From contig JAPLJV010000015.1 of assembly GCA_026388415.1 (NCBI GenBank), positions 45,344 through 109,343 on the forward strand: 64,000 bases of DNA, in the 5' to 3' direction. Shown piece after piece: positions 17,336-25,827 of this stretch. Both the position numbers and the translations under genes were made by a program. The stretch is from Deltaproteobacteria bacterium (GTDB lineage: Bacteria; Desulfobacterota; Syntrophia; Syntrophales; JACQWR01). The notes beneath the pieces were generated by a model, which saw only the letters and a program-made list of their open reading frames with translations, made no database searches and had not been told where the DNA came from. The number at the start of each line of letters is the position of its first letter. Position 1 is the stretch's first letter.

Positions 17336-17390
17336 GAAAAAATACGGGGACACCACACCAGTTATTATAGAAACCAGTATGATGTCCCCC
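17336..17390 (-). terminator. Intrinsic terminator after the tlpA operon
   Basis: Gene-sense GGGGGACAUCAUAC...GUGUGGUGUCCCC, a 13-bp stem with two G-U pairs, followed by GUAUUUUUU. Confidence 0.5.
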
Positions 17391-17402
17391 GATTTGCTTT
17401 GA

Positions 17403-17942
17403 TTAGCTTTTCTTTAACATCTTATCCAGCAGCGGTTCCACGGATGGGCATTGCCGGCAGGCAACCAGCCCTTCCTTGTCTATTAGAGTGAAGTTGGGCA
17501 CGCCCTGGACATCGTAGTTGCTGGCCACTGCCGCCGTTTCATCGAGCAGCACCCGGTACGGAAGCTTGTGCTTGTCCGCGAAGCGCGCCACCTTGGCCCG
17601 TGATTCCTGGATGTCAATATTGACGATTGCAACGCCCTGGGGGGCGTACTTGGCGAAAATATCCTTCAAACGCGGAATTTCCTGCACACAGTAGGGGCAC
17701 CAGGTAGCGCCAAACATCAGCAGCACGGGCTTCCCCCGGTTCTCACTCAACTTGAAGGTGCGACCCTGTAAATCCTTCAAGGTAAAATCCGGCGCCCGGT
17801 CTATAATTGCCTCACCGGCCGTTCCCATTCCACGATTATTCTTTACTTCATTCCGCTCTTTCTGCAAGTCCTCGCAGGCAGCCAAGGAGATGAACAGCAA
17901 ACTCAACACCCCCCAGAGAGTGTTTTCCCATTTTTTCGTCAT
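17403..17942 (-). CDS. TlpA/ResA-family thiol:disulfide oxidoreductase lipoprotein
   Basis: Thioredoxin motif WCPYC and an SLAAC lipobox. I prefer the ATG at 17942 (AAGGAG SD). Confidence 0.85.
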   Translation of the reverse strand: MTKKWENTLWGVLSLLFISLAACEDLQKERNEVKNNRGMGTAGEAIIDRAPDFTLKDLQGRTFKLSENRGKPVLLMFGATWCPYCVQEIPRLKDIFAKYAPQGVAIVNIDIQESRAKVARFADKHKLPYRVLLDETAAVASNYDVQGVPNFTLIDKEGLVACRQCPSVEPLLDKMLKKS

Positions 17943-17952
17943 CACATCTCCT

Positions 17953-18669
17953 TCAAAACCACAGCATCCCGGCATTGATCAGTAGATACTCGCCCATCGC
18001 CAGCAATATCCATCCCGCCAGACGACTGATTCTTTCCATCCACGGCCCCGACCGGGGCAAAGAAGAAAGCAGCCCGGCGAAAGTACCCATTAAGATGAGC
18101 AAAGTCCCCATCCCCAGGGAAAAAACAAACAGCAGGCTCATACCCAAAATCATATTCTGGCGCGAGGCAACGTAGGACAGCAGTATCGCCAGCACGGGCG
18201 CCGTACAGGGACCAACCACGAGCCCGGACATGACGCCGACCAGAAAACTTCCCAGGACGTCGGTTGTTTTTCCCCGGCGTTGCATGTTAGCCAAACACCG
18301 CGGCGTCTGCCAGGGCAATGATAAGGCGCCCAACTGGAACAATCCAATCAGGATGCAGACGTTGGCCAGCAAAAAATAGGTCCAGGGATTTGTTTGGATC
18401 TGCACGAATATCTTGCCCGAGAGGGCAGCAATGCCGCCCAGCAAAGTGTAGGTGACAGCCATGCCCAGCACATAGATCAGAGAGAGCCTGAAGCCCTTCC
18501 ACCGGGAGCCGGCGCTGTGCGCGCCGATAAAGCCGATGGTGATCGGCGCCACGGGATAGACGCAAGGCGTGAAACTAATCAGGAGGCCGCCCACATAAAC
18601 CGCCGGAAAAGCCAGCCAGGAGGCCTCGGCAATATATAAGGAGAAGCTCGGGAGCAAATTTTCCATCAT
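17953..18669 (-). CDS. ccdA: Cytochrome c biogenesis thiol-transfer membrane protein CcdA/DsbD family
   Basis: 238 aa, polytopic, with conserved Cys in TM helices (FTPCVYPVAP; VVGPCTAPVL). Confidence 0.85.
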   Translation of the reverse strand: MMENLLPSFSLYIAEASWLAFPAVYVGGLLISFTPCVYPVAPITIGFIGAHSAGSRWKGFRLSLIYVLGMAVTYTLLGGIAALSGKIFVQIQTNPWTYFLLANVCILIGLFQLGALSLPWQTPRCLANMQRRGKTTDVLGSFLVGVMSGLVVGPCTAPVLAILLSYVASRQNMILGMSLLFVFSLGMGTLLILMGTFAGLLSSLPRSGPWMERISRLAGWILLAMGEYLLINAGMLWF

Positions 18670-18673
18670 TATA

Positions 18674-19339
18674 TCAGTTATCAGTGGCCGGGGGGACCGA
18701 CGGGGCGTCCTTTTTCCCCGCGCAGGGGAGGCAGTAAAAAACTTGCGACCCAGCCTCCACCAAGCGGGTGGCCATGGTCATTTCTCCGCACCGGGCACAG
18801 GCCGCCGAAGGCGCCAGCGGCGCATAAGGCTGTTCCGGCGGCGGTATTTCTTCCGTGGCAAAGACGGCGGAAAAATCCTTGTTTAAAAGATCATGGGCTT
18901 TCATCTGCCGGTACCGGGTATTTTCCTCCGGAGTGGCAGTTTTGGCTGCAATCTTTTTCCCGAGCAGCTCAAACTCGGCCCCATCTTCCCCGCCATAACC
19001 ATACTCGGTCTTGCGGGAAAAGCGAAACGCCCGGCGCGCTTTCCGTTTTAAAACAGTATAAGCATTTTTCCCGTAATCCCGAAAGATCAGATTCCCTTTG
19101 CCAGCCGTCGTCCCCAGCATAACCTGGAGGGCATCCACGGCGCAGGAGTCGTTTTCCGGAAAGGCCACCACCTCCTCATCCTCGGAACGGCCAAGAGCCA
19201 GCAGCCGGACCGCCTCTCTGGCCACCAGATAACCATAAACCAGGCCAGGACAGAGATGTCCATGAAATTCAATACAGCGCCTGAGGTCGTCAGGCAGCGC
19301 TATCGTTTTATCATCCAAGTTACCCACCCCCCTTTTCAT
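18674..19339 (-). CDS. FmdE-family protein with a C-terminal zinc ribbon
   Basis: Motif FHGHLCPGLVYGY. C-terminal CARCGE...CLPCAG. Confidence 0.75.
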   Translation of the reverse strand: MKRGVGNLDDKTIALPDDLRRCIEFHGHLCPGLVYGYLVAREAVRLLALGRSEDEEVVAFPENDSCAVDALQVMLGTTAGKGNLIFRDYGKNAYTVLKRKARRAFRFSRKTEYGYGGEDGAEFELLGKKIAAKTATPEENTRYRQMKAHDLLNKDFSAVFATEEIPPPEQPYAPLAPSAACARCGEMTMATRLVEAGSQVFYCLPCAGKKDAPSVPPATDN

Positions 19340-19386
19340 CCATCGAGAAAACTTTGTTTACACAACAATTATCATTATTGGCATGT

Positions 19387-21027
19387 TTAGCGGCGGTAGA
19401 TTTCCTTTGCGGTTGAAGTCTTGGCCAGCTCAATCACGCCTCCGGCGCCGAAGCGGTTGATTTTGAGGCCGCCGCCCAAGCGCGGGAAGTCCGGGAGCAC
19501 CAATAGCTCGTCCGGAAGCTTGTAGGGGGCGATCTTCCCGTCCAGGAAGGCCCTCAGGTCCGCCAGCGTCAGTTGGGGAGCTCCTGCGTTTGTTTTTACA
19601 CAGACGCAGATTGATTCGCCGAGAACCGGGTTGGGGGTGCCCACGACGCAAGCTTCGGCGACGCAGGGATGCCTGACGACCAGCCCCTCCAACTCGGAAG
19701 GTATAACCTTGAAACCGCCGCGGTTGATGCACTCCTTCATACGCCCAAGGATCTGGACGGGGCCATTTCCCTCGCGCACCACCAGGTCTCCCGTGTAAAG
19801 CCAGCCATTTTTCAACTGATTGGCGGTCTCCGCGGGGTTGTCCCAGTAGCCGCTCATCACGTGCCAGCCGGACAAGAGTAGTTCGCCTGGCTCTCCGCTC
19901 CGGCGGTCCTCCCCCGTCTCCGGGGCGATAATTCTTATCCGGGTGCCATAGATCGGGTAGCCGATATAACGCTCCCTGGTGGCCATGTCGGTGCCGTAGG
20001 GCAGAATGATCGAGAGTCCGGGGCCGACCTCGGAGGCGCCCAGGAAAGAGGAGATGTAGATCCCCATCTCCTCTTGTACGCGGGAAATCAGGCCTTCCGG
20101 CGCGATCTGCCCGGCGATGAGGCCCGCCCGTACCGAGGAGAGGTCGTATTCACCCCTCTGGGGATCGTTTAGCTCCATTATGTAGTGGGCCGGGGCTGCC
20201 AGTTGGATCGTAACCTTTTCCTCCTGGATCAGGCGGAAGGCTTCCCTGGGGTTGAACGCCTCCATGAGTACCAGCGTCGCGCCCAGGAGCAGCGGCTGTA
20301 CGAGCAGCGCACCACAGCCATAGGAGTGGGCCATGGGCAGAAAGGCCAGGAATATGTCATCCTCGGTTGCATCGGTTCCCAGGGAGTAGGAAAAACCGGC
20401 GCGGACCACCTGGGATTGGCTGAGCATTGCTCCCTTCGGTTTTCCGGTGGTGCCCGAGGTGTAGATGAGCATCGAGAGGTCGTGGGGCTCTAGTGCGGGG
20501 GGAGGCACCGTTGCTCCAACAGGAGTCAGCTCCTCGAATCTTCTTATCCCCTCCAGACCAGCACCGGCTTTGGCTTCCATACCCGCGACCACCACCAGCT
20601 CAAGTTTTGGCAGTTCCGGTTTGAGGGTGGAAATCGCCTCCAGGTAGTCGAAGCCCTGCCACTTTTCAAAGATGAACACCGCACGCGCGCCGGAATTTTG
20701 TATAATAAAGCGCGCCTCCGATTCCCGGTAGCTGGCGTTTAGCCAGGCCACAACTACTCCCAGCCTCTGGAGCGCGTAGAAAAGCTCCACGAATTCGATG
20801 GAGTTTTTCATGTACATCGCAACGTGGTCGCCCTTATTCAGCCCCGCCTCGGTCAGCGCGGTGGAGAGCGCCTCCACGTCTTGGGCCAGTTCCGCGTAGG
20901 TGAGGCGCCGCCCACCCTGGACAAGGGCAAGTTTATGCGGCAGGCGTTGCGAGCTTTCCGCTATGATTTGCCAGACAGTGTAACCGCTCAAGCGACCGTA
21001 TAACTCTTGAACTTTAGAAGCATCCAT
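19387..21027 (-). CDS. AMP-dependent acyl-CoA synthetase/ligase
   Basis: 546 aa with AMP-binding motif YTSGTTGKPKGAM and downstream GWLYTGD and KINRFG. Confidence 0.85.
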   Translation of the reverse strand: MDASKVQELYGRLSGYTVWQIIAESSQRLPHKLALVQGGRRLTYAELAQDVEALSTALTEAGLNKGDHVAMYMKNSIEFVELFYALQRLGVVVAWLNASYRESEARFIIQNSGARAVFIFEKWQGFDYLEAISTLKPELPKLELVVVAGMEAKAGAGLEGIRRFEELTPVGATVPPPALEPHDLSMLIYTSGTTGKPKGAMLSQSQVVRAGFSYSLGTDATEDDIFLAFLPMAHSYGCGALLVQPLLLGATLVLMEAFNPREAFRLIQEEKVTIQLAAPAHYIMELNDPQRGEYDLSSVRAGLIAGQIAPEGLISRVQEEMGIYISSFLGASEVGPGLSIILPYGTDMATRERYIGYPIYGTRIRIIAPETGEDRRSGEPGELLLSGWHVMSGYWDNPAETANQLKNGWLYTGDLVVREGNGPVQILGRMKECINRGGFKVIPSELEGLVVRHPCVAEACVVGTPNPVLGESICVCVKTNAGAPQLTLADLRAFLDGKIAPYKLPDELLVLPDFPRLGGGLKINRFGAGGVIELAKTSTAKEIYRR

Positions 21028-21147
21028 GGCTACTCGTCATTTCACTATTATTTCATTTTTCTTCTTGAGTTACATATAGCATCAGAGAGTGACCTCGTCA
21101 ATAGCCCGGAATTTAATCCACAATAACAGTGCCAGTGGCAATTTCTC

Positions 21148-21176
21148 TTGACACACAAGCCGCTTTTTCTTAGAGT
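21148..21176 (+). promoter_or_regulatory. Sigma70-type promoter candidate for the Mo-oxidoreductase/hydratase pair
   Basis: TTGACA (21148-21153), 17 nt, TAGAGT (21171-21176). This implies a 5' leader of about 220 nt. Confidence 0.45.
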
Positions 21177-21288
21177 CGCAATGGAAAAATCAGCTCTTAG
21201 CAGTTAAACACGACCCTAAGGCGCTGAGGGGGGACATTCAGCGAAAGTTGTGTGACGAACAATTGTAACCCCGCCAAGCGGGATAAGT

Positions 21289-21382
21289 GCGTTAACGTAA
21301 TTGTTTCCCGCAGGGAAACAATTACTAACTTACTAATGCGTTAACGTAATTGTTTCCCGCAGGGAAACAATTACTAACTTAC
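21289..21382 (+). repeat. Perfect 45-nt direct repeat (two copies, 4-nt spacer), each with a 13-bp-stem palindrome
   Basis: GCGTTAACGTAATTGTTTCCCGCAGGGAAACAATTACTAACTTAC occurs at 21289-21333 and 21338-21382. The hairpins GTAATTGTTTCCC-GCA-GGGAAACAATTAC lie at 21297-21325 and 21346-21374. The second copy ends just before the SD AAGGAGG, and the ATG is at 21403. Confidence 0.95.
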
Positions 21383-21402
21383 CAAGGAGGTCCACGAGAA
21401 AA

Positions 21403-23451
21403 ATGGCGAAAGACGTGAAGGAGATATTTACCGACTGTACGCTCTGTTACCACAGTTGCGGGACAGTCGTCACGGTGGAAGACGGTAAAGCCGTAAAGAT
21501 CGAGGGACTGAAATCGCACCCCTTGAACAAAGGGAAACTGTGCCCGAAAGGAGAAGCAGCCCTCGAACACATCTATGCCCCGCACCGGCTGAAATATCCG
21601 CTAAAAAAGGTCAATGGAAATTGGGAGCGGGTGAGCTGGGATCAGGCCCTCGACGAGATAGCAGGGAAGCTCTTGCAGTTGAAAAAGGAATTCGGCCCCT
21701 CGGTGCTGGGCGTCTTCAGCGGCTCGATCGGCGTGGAAAATCTCGAGATGGCCGGTCTGACCCAGAGGTTTAAAGCTGCCTTCGGTTCGCCGAACTTTTT
21801 TTCCGTAGAGAGCATCTGCTATCGCATGAGAATCCGCACCCGGCAGATTACCTTCGGCAAGTATCCCACGGAGGAACTTGATTCCAATCTCTACATCCTC
21901 TGGGGTCACAACCCCGATGAGTCGGACTTTCCTTTACAGCTCGCCCTCGAGGAGAATTTGAAAAAGGGGGCCAAGCTGGTCGTTATTGATCCCAAGAAGA
22001 TTCCCCTGGCCGATCGCGCCGACATGTATCTCCGGATCAGGCCGGGCACCGATGGCGCCATGGCGCTTGCCATGATAAACGTCATTATCAACGAGAATCT
22101 TTACGATCGTGATTTCATCGAGAAGTACACGATCGGATTTGACAAGCTTGTTCCGCACATACAAAAATATACGCCCGAGTGGGCGGAGAAGATCACCTGG
22201 GTCGCCGCCGCAGATATCCGCAAACTGGCCCGCCTTTTTGCCAAGACCCGAGGAGCGGGCATATATCAGGGAACAAACACCCAGGACCAAACGGCAAATG
22301 GCACGCAGAACAGCCGCGCGTTCTCCATTCTCCAGATCATCACGGGGAATATCAATATCCCGGGGGGCTGGGTGGTCAGCCCGCGCCTGGCCTTGGGCAA
22401 TGTGGGTTTGAGCGTGACCGGAGAACCCCTGGGGGCCGACCAATATCCGCTCTTCTATGAAGTATGGGGCAGAAAGAGCCCCTACGGTATCGTGACCTGC
22501 GTTCCAGAAAGTGTACCGGACAAGATCAAGGCCTTCATGGTAATCGGTGGAGATCCCGCAATCTCGATGGCCGATTCGAATGCCTTCAAGGATGCGTTCA
22601 AGAGGCTGGAGCTCCTGGTCGTCCACGATCTCTTCCTGACGGAGACGGCAGCACTGGCCCATTATGTCCTTCCGGCCTGTTCCCACCTCGAGAAATGGGG
22701 GGTGGCTTATACCTATAATGTCTGCCACTGTCTGCCCTATCTCATGTTGAGGAAAAAGGCCATCGAACCGCTTCATGAGTGCTGGTCGGAATGGAAATTA
22801 TACACCGAACTGGCAAAAAAGCTGGGGATGGGAGATCAATTCCCCTGGCAGTCGGAGGAAGAGCTGGTCACCTTTGAGTTGGGACCATCGGGAATTACCT
22901 TCAACCAACTTCTGCAGGAAAAACCGGAAGGCGCCTTTTATCAGCAGAAGGCCTACGGGATGAAAGAGACGTCTTTCTCAACCCCGACCAAACATATTGA
23001 GATCTACAGCGATGCCCTGGCAAACGTGGGTTTTGATCCCCTGCCCACCTACCTGGAGCCGCACCGCAGTCCTTTAAGTACCCCTGAATTATTGGAAAAG
23101 TATCCCCTCATTCTTTCCACGGGGAATAGAAATCGCTACTATACGCACGGACAATTCAGGAAGGTAAAATCCCTGCAAGAGGAAAACCCTCAACCGCTGG
23201 CGGAAATAGGCCCGCAAACAGCCCGGCGCTTCGGGATCAGCGACGGGGATAACATCACGATTGAAACAAACAAGGGCGTGGTCCGCATGAAAGCCAAGGT
23301 TGAGGAACGGGTGGCGGAAGGCGTGGTCCTCATACCCCACGGGTGGCCCGGGGAGGCCAACGCCAATCTGCTTACGGACACGGAGTGCCGGGAGCCCATT
23401 ATGGGTTACCCCGACATGAAATCGCTCCTGTGTGCCATCAAGATCGCATAG
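21403..23451 (+). CDS. Cytoplasmic molybdopterin (MopB-superfamily) oxidoreductase, substrate unknown
   Basis: N-terminal 4Fe-4S motif C12-x2-C15-x3-C19...C47. It has no twin-arginine signal. Family-typical RVSWDQALDEIAGKL, with Cys139 at the usual Mo/W-ligand position. 682 aa. Confidence 0.8.
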   Translation: MAKDVKEIFTDCTLCYHSCGTVVTVEDGKAVKIEGLKSHPLNKGKLCPKGEAALEHIYAPHRLKYPLKKVNGNWERVSWDQALDEIAGKLLQLKKEFGPSVLGVFSGSIGVENLEMAGLTQRFKAAFGSPNFFSVESICYRMRIRTRQITFGKYPTEELDSNLYILWGHNPDESDFPLQLALEENLKKGAKLVVIDPKKIPLADRADMYLRIRPGTDGAMALAMINVIINENLYDRDFIEKYTIGFDKLVPHIQKYTPEWAEKITWVAAADIRKLARLFAKTRGAGIYQGTNTQDQTANGTQNSRAFSILQIITGNINIPGGWVVSPRLALGNVGLSVTGEPLGADQYPLFYEVWGRKSPYGIVTCVPESVPDKIKAFMVIGGDPAISMADSNAFKDAFKRLELLVVHDLFLTETAALAHYVLPACSHLEKWGVAYTYNVCHCLPYLMLRKKAIEPLHECWSEWKLYTELAKKLGMGDQFPWQSEEELVTFELGPSGITFNQLLQEKPEGAFYQQKAYGMKETSFSTPTKHIEIYSDALANVGFDPLPTYLEPHRSPLSTPELLEKYPLILSTGNRNRYYTHGQFRKVKSLQEENPQPLAEIGPQTARRFGISDGDNITIETNKGVVRMKAKVEERVAEGVVLIPHGWPGEANANLLTDTECREPIMGYPDMKSLLCAIKIA

Positions 23452-23452
23452 A

Positions 23453-25807
23453 ATGATGATCGAATTGCATAAGAACCAGGGCATACTGCTTGTGAACGGC
23501 AAGGAGACCGTCCATTATTCAGAAGGAATAACGCCGGCGGATGTGCAGAGAATAATCCCTTCCTTTCGGGGGACGGAACGGATGCTCAGGAAAAAAGAGG
23601 CCCGGAGGGCCACGATGGCCTTCGGCATCCTCGCCGCGCATCAGCAGGGAACGGAGGGCAAAGGTCTGAGAATCCGTTTCGACGCCCTGGCTTCCCACGA
23701 CATTACCTATGTCGGCATTGTTCAGACGGCGCGAGCCAGCGGGTTGAAGAACTTCCCCGTTCCCTACGCGCTGACCAATTGCCACAACAGCCTCTGTGCG
23801 GTCGGCGGCACCATCAACGAGGATGATCACCTCTTCGGCCTCTCGGCGGCGCAGAAGTACGGCGGGATCTATGTCCCGGCCCACCAGGCGGTTATCCACC
23901 AGTACGTGCGGGAACGGATGGCCGGCTGTGGCAAGATGATCATGGGTTCGGACAGCCACACCCGCTACGGCGCGCTGGGCGCCATGGGGATCGGCGAGGG
24001 CGGTCCGGAGCTCGTGAAACAGGTTATCGGCCGGACCTACGACACGGTCTGGCCGGAGGTGGTCGCCGTCTTTCTGGAAGGTAAGCCCCGTGACGGCGTG
24101 GGACCACAGGATGTGGCGCTCGCAATTATCCGGGCCGTCTTCAGGAACGGCTTCGTGCAGAACAGGGTCATGGAATTCGTCGGCCCGGGGATCGGGAATC
24201 TTTCCGTTGACTTCCGTAACGGCATAGACGTTATGACCACGGAGACGACCTGCCTTTCCACGATCTGGCGCACCGATGAAAAAGTGGCGGACTACTACCG
24301 CACGCATGGCCGGGAAGAAGAGTACCGGAAACTCGATCCGGGGGGCGTGGCCTATTACGACGGACTAATCTGGGTGGACCTCTCCCGGATGGAGCCGATG
24401 ATCGCCCTCCCGTTTCACCCGAGCAATGCCTTCGCCATCCGGGAGCTGAAGACGGACCTGACGGACATCCTGCGGGAAACTGAAAAGCAGGCGCTGAAAC
24501 AGCTCGAAAACCGGGATCTGAAATATTGTCTCACCGACAAGGTCGTCGCAGGAAAACTCAAGGTGGATCAGGGGGTTATAGCCGGCTGCGCGGGAGGAAC
24601 CTTCGAAAACATCGTTTACGCCGCGGCCCTCTTGCAGGGCCATTCCATCGGTAATGAGGAATTCTCCCTGAGCTTTTATCCGGCGAGTCAGCCGATCCTG
24701 ATCGAGCTGACGCGCAAAGGGATGCTGACCTCCCTTCTGGAAAGCGGGGCCACCATGCGGACGGCCTTCTGCGGCCCCTGTTTCGGCGCGGGGGATGTGC
24801 CGCCGAACCAGGGTCTCAGCATTCGTCACACGACGCGCAACTTCCCGAACCGCGAGGGATCCAGCCCCCAGGATGGCCAAATCGCCTCCGTCGCATTGAT
24901 GGACGCCCGCTCCATCGCGGCAACCGCGCTGAACCGGGGCTTTCTGACCGGCGCCGATGAAATCTCCTTTCATCCCCGCCGCACGCGCTACCATTTTTTG
25001 GCAGGCGTTTACGAAAACCGGGTCTATCAGGGCTACGGCAAAGCGAAACCTGATATCCCCCTGCGCTTTGGGCCAAATATCGTGGATTGGCCCGCCATGT
25101 CCGCCCTGCCGGATCAACTCTGCCTGATCGTCGCCGCCGTGATTACGGATCCGGTAACCACGACGGACGAGCTGATCCCGTCGGGGGAGACCTCCTCCTA
25201 CCGGTCCAACCCGCTGAAGCTGGCCTCCTTCACGCTCTCCCGGAAGGATCCGCAGTATGTGAGGCGCGCCGGTGAAGCCCACGCGTTGGAGAAAATGAGG
25301 CTCTCTTTCCTGAAAGACGGCAAGACGGATGCCCGGTTGCTTACGGCCGTCAAACCCTGGGCAACCGCATTCGCCCCCGGAATCTCCTCCAAGGAGTTCC
25401 TCCGGACAACTGGCCTCGGCAGCCTCGTCTTCATGCGGAAACCGGGGGACGGTTCGGCGCGGGAGCAGGCGGCCTCCTGTCAGAAGGTTTTGGGAGGCTG
25501 GGTCAATATCGCCAACGCGTACGCCACCAAGAGGTACCGGAGCAACCTTATCAACTGGGGGATGCTGCCGTTCACCACGGCGGAGAACGGCGCAGAAAAG
25601 CTGGCGGTCCAGGATGCGGTGTTTTTTCCATCTCTGCGCAAGGCGGTTCAGGACGGGGCGGAAATTATCGCAGCGCTGATTCTGAAGGAGGACGGCCGGA
25701 TCATCCCGCTGGCCCTGGAGCTCAAGAAACTGCCCCAGGTGGATCGGGAAATCCTGCTGGCCGGCAGTCTGATCAATTTTTATAAACTCTTTCCTGACTG
25801 GTCATAA
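23453..25807 (+). CDS. Aconitase-family (4Fe-4S) hydratase/dehydratase, large single-chain form
   Basis: Motifs MGSDSHTRYGALG, IAGCAGGTFEN and FCGPCFGAG supply three Cys ligands. The swivel-domain end reads PGDGSAREQAASCQ. The ATG follows the upstream TAG by 1 nt. Confidence 0.8.
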   Translation: MMIELHKNQGILLVNGKETVHYSEGITPADVQRIIPSFRGTERMLRKKEARRATMAFGILAAHQQGTEGKGLRIRFDALASHDITYVGIVQTARASGLKNFPVPYALTNCHNSLCAVGGTINEDDHLFGLSAAQKYGGIYVPAHQAVIHQYVRERMAGCGKMIMGSDSHTRYGALGAMGIGEGGPELVKQVIGRTYDTVWPEVVAVFLEGKPRDGVGPQDVALAIIRAVFRNGFVQNRVMEFVGPGIGNLSVDFRNGIDVMTTETTCLSTIWRTDEKVADYYRTHGREEEYRKLDPGGVAYYDGLIWVDLSRMEPMIALPFHPSNAFAIRELKTDLTDILRETEKQALKQLENRDLKYCLTDKVVAGKLKVDQGVIAGCAGGTFENIVYAAALLQGHSIGNEEFSLSFYPASQPILIELTRKGMLTSLLESGATMRTAFCGPCFGAGDVPPNQGLSIRHTTRNFPNREGSSPQDGQIASVALMDARSIAATALNRGFLTGADEISFHPRRTRYHFLAGVYENRVYQGYGKAKPDIPLRFGPNIVDWPAMSALPDQLCLIVAAVITDPVTTTDELIPSGETSSYRSNPLKLASFTLSRKDPQYVRRAGEAHALEKMRLSFLKDGKTDARLLTAVKPWATAFAPGISSKEFLRTTGLGSLVFMRKPGDGSAREQAASCQKVLGGWVNIANAYATKRYRSNLINWGMLPFTTAENGAEKLAVQDAVFFPSLRKAVQDGAEIIAALILKEDGRIIPLALELKKLPQVDREILLAGSLINFYKLFPDWS

Positions 25808-25827
25808 AACGCTGGTCATCGAACATA

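Noticed and set aside
21403-23451. Selenocysteine recoding or acetylene-hydratase identity for the MopB protein
   Set aside because: The ORF is uninterrupted, with no in-frame TGA, and Cys139 sits at the ligand position. The residue following the second FeS cysteine is Tyr rather than the Asp needed for acetylene hydratase chemistry.
21934-25282. Long minus-strand ORFs (21934..22776, 23519..24307, 24365..25282)
   Set aside because: They are antisense shadows of the Mo-oxidoreductase and aconitase-family genes. They are Arg/Gly/Pro-rich with no recognisable motifs.
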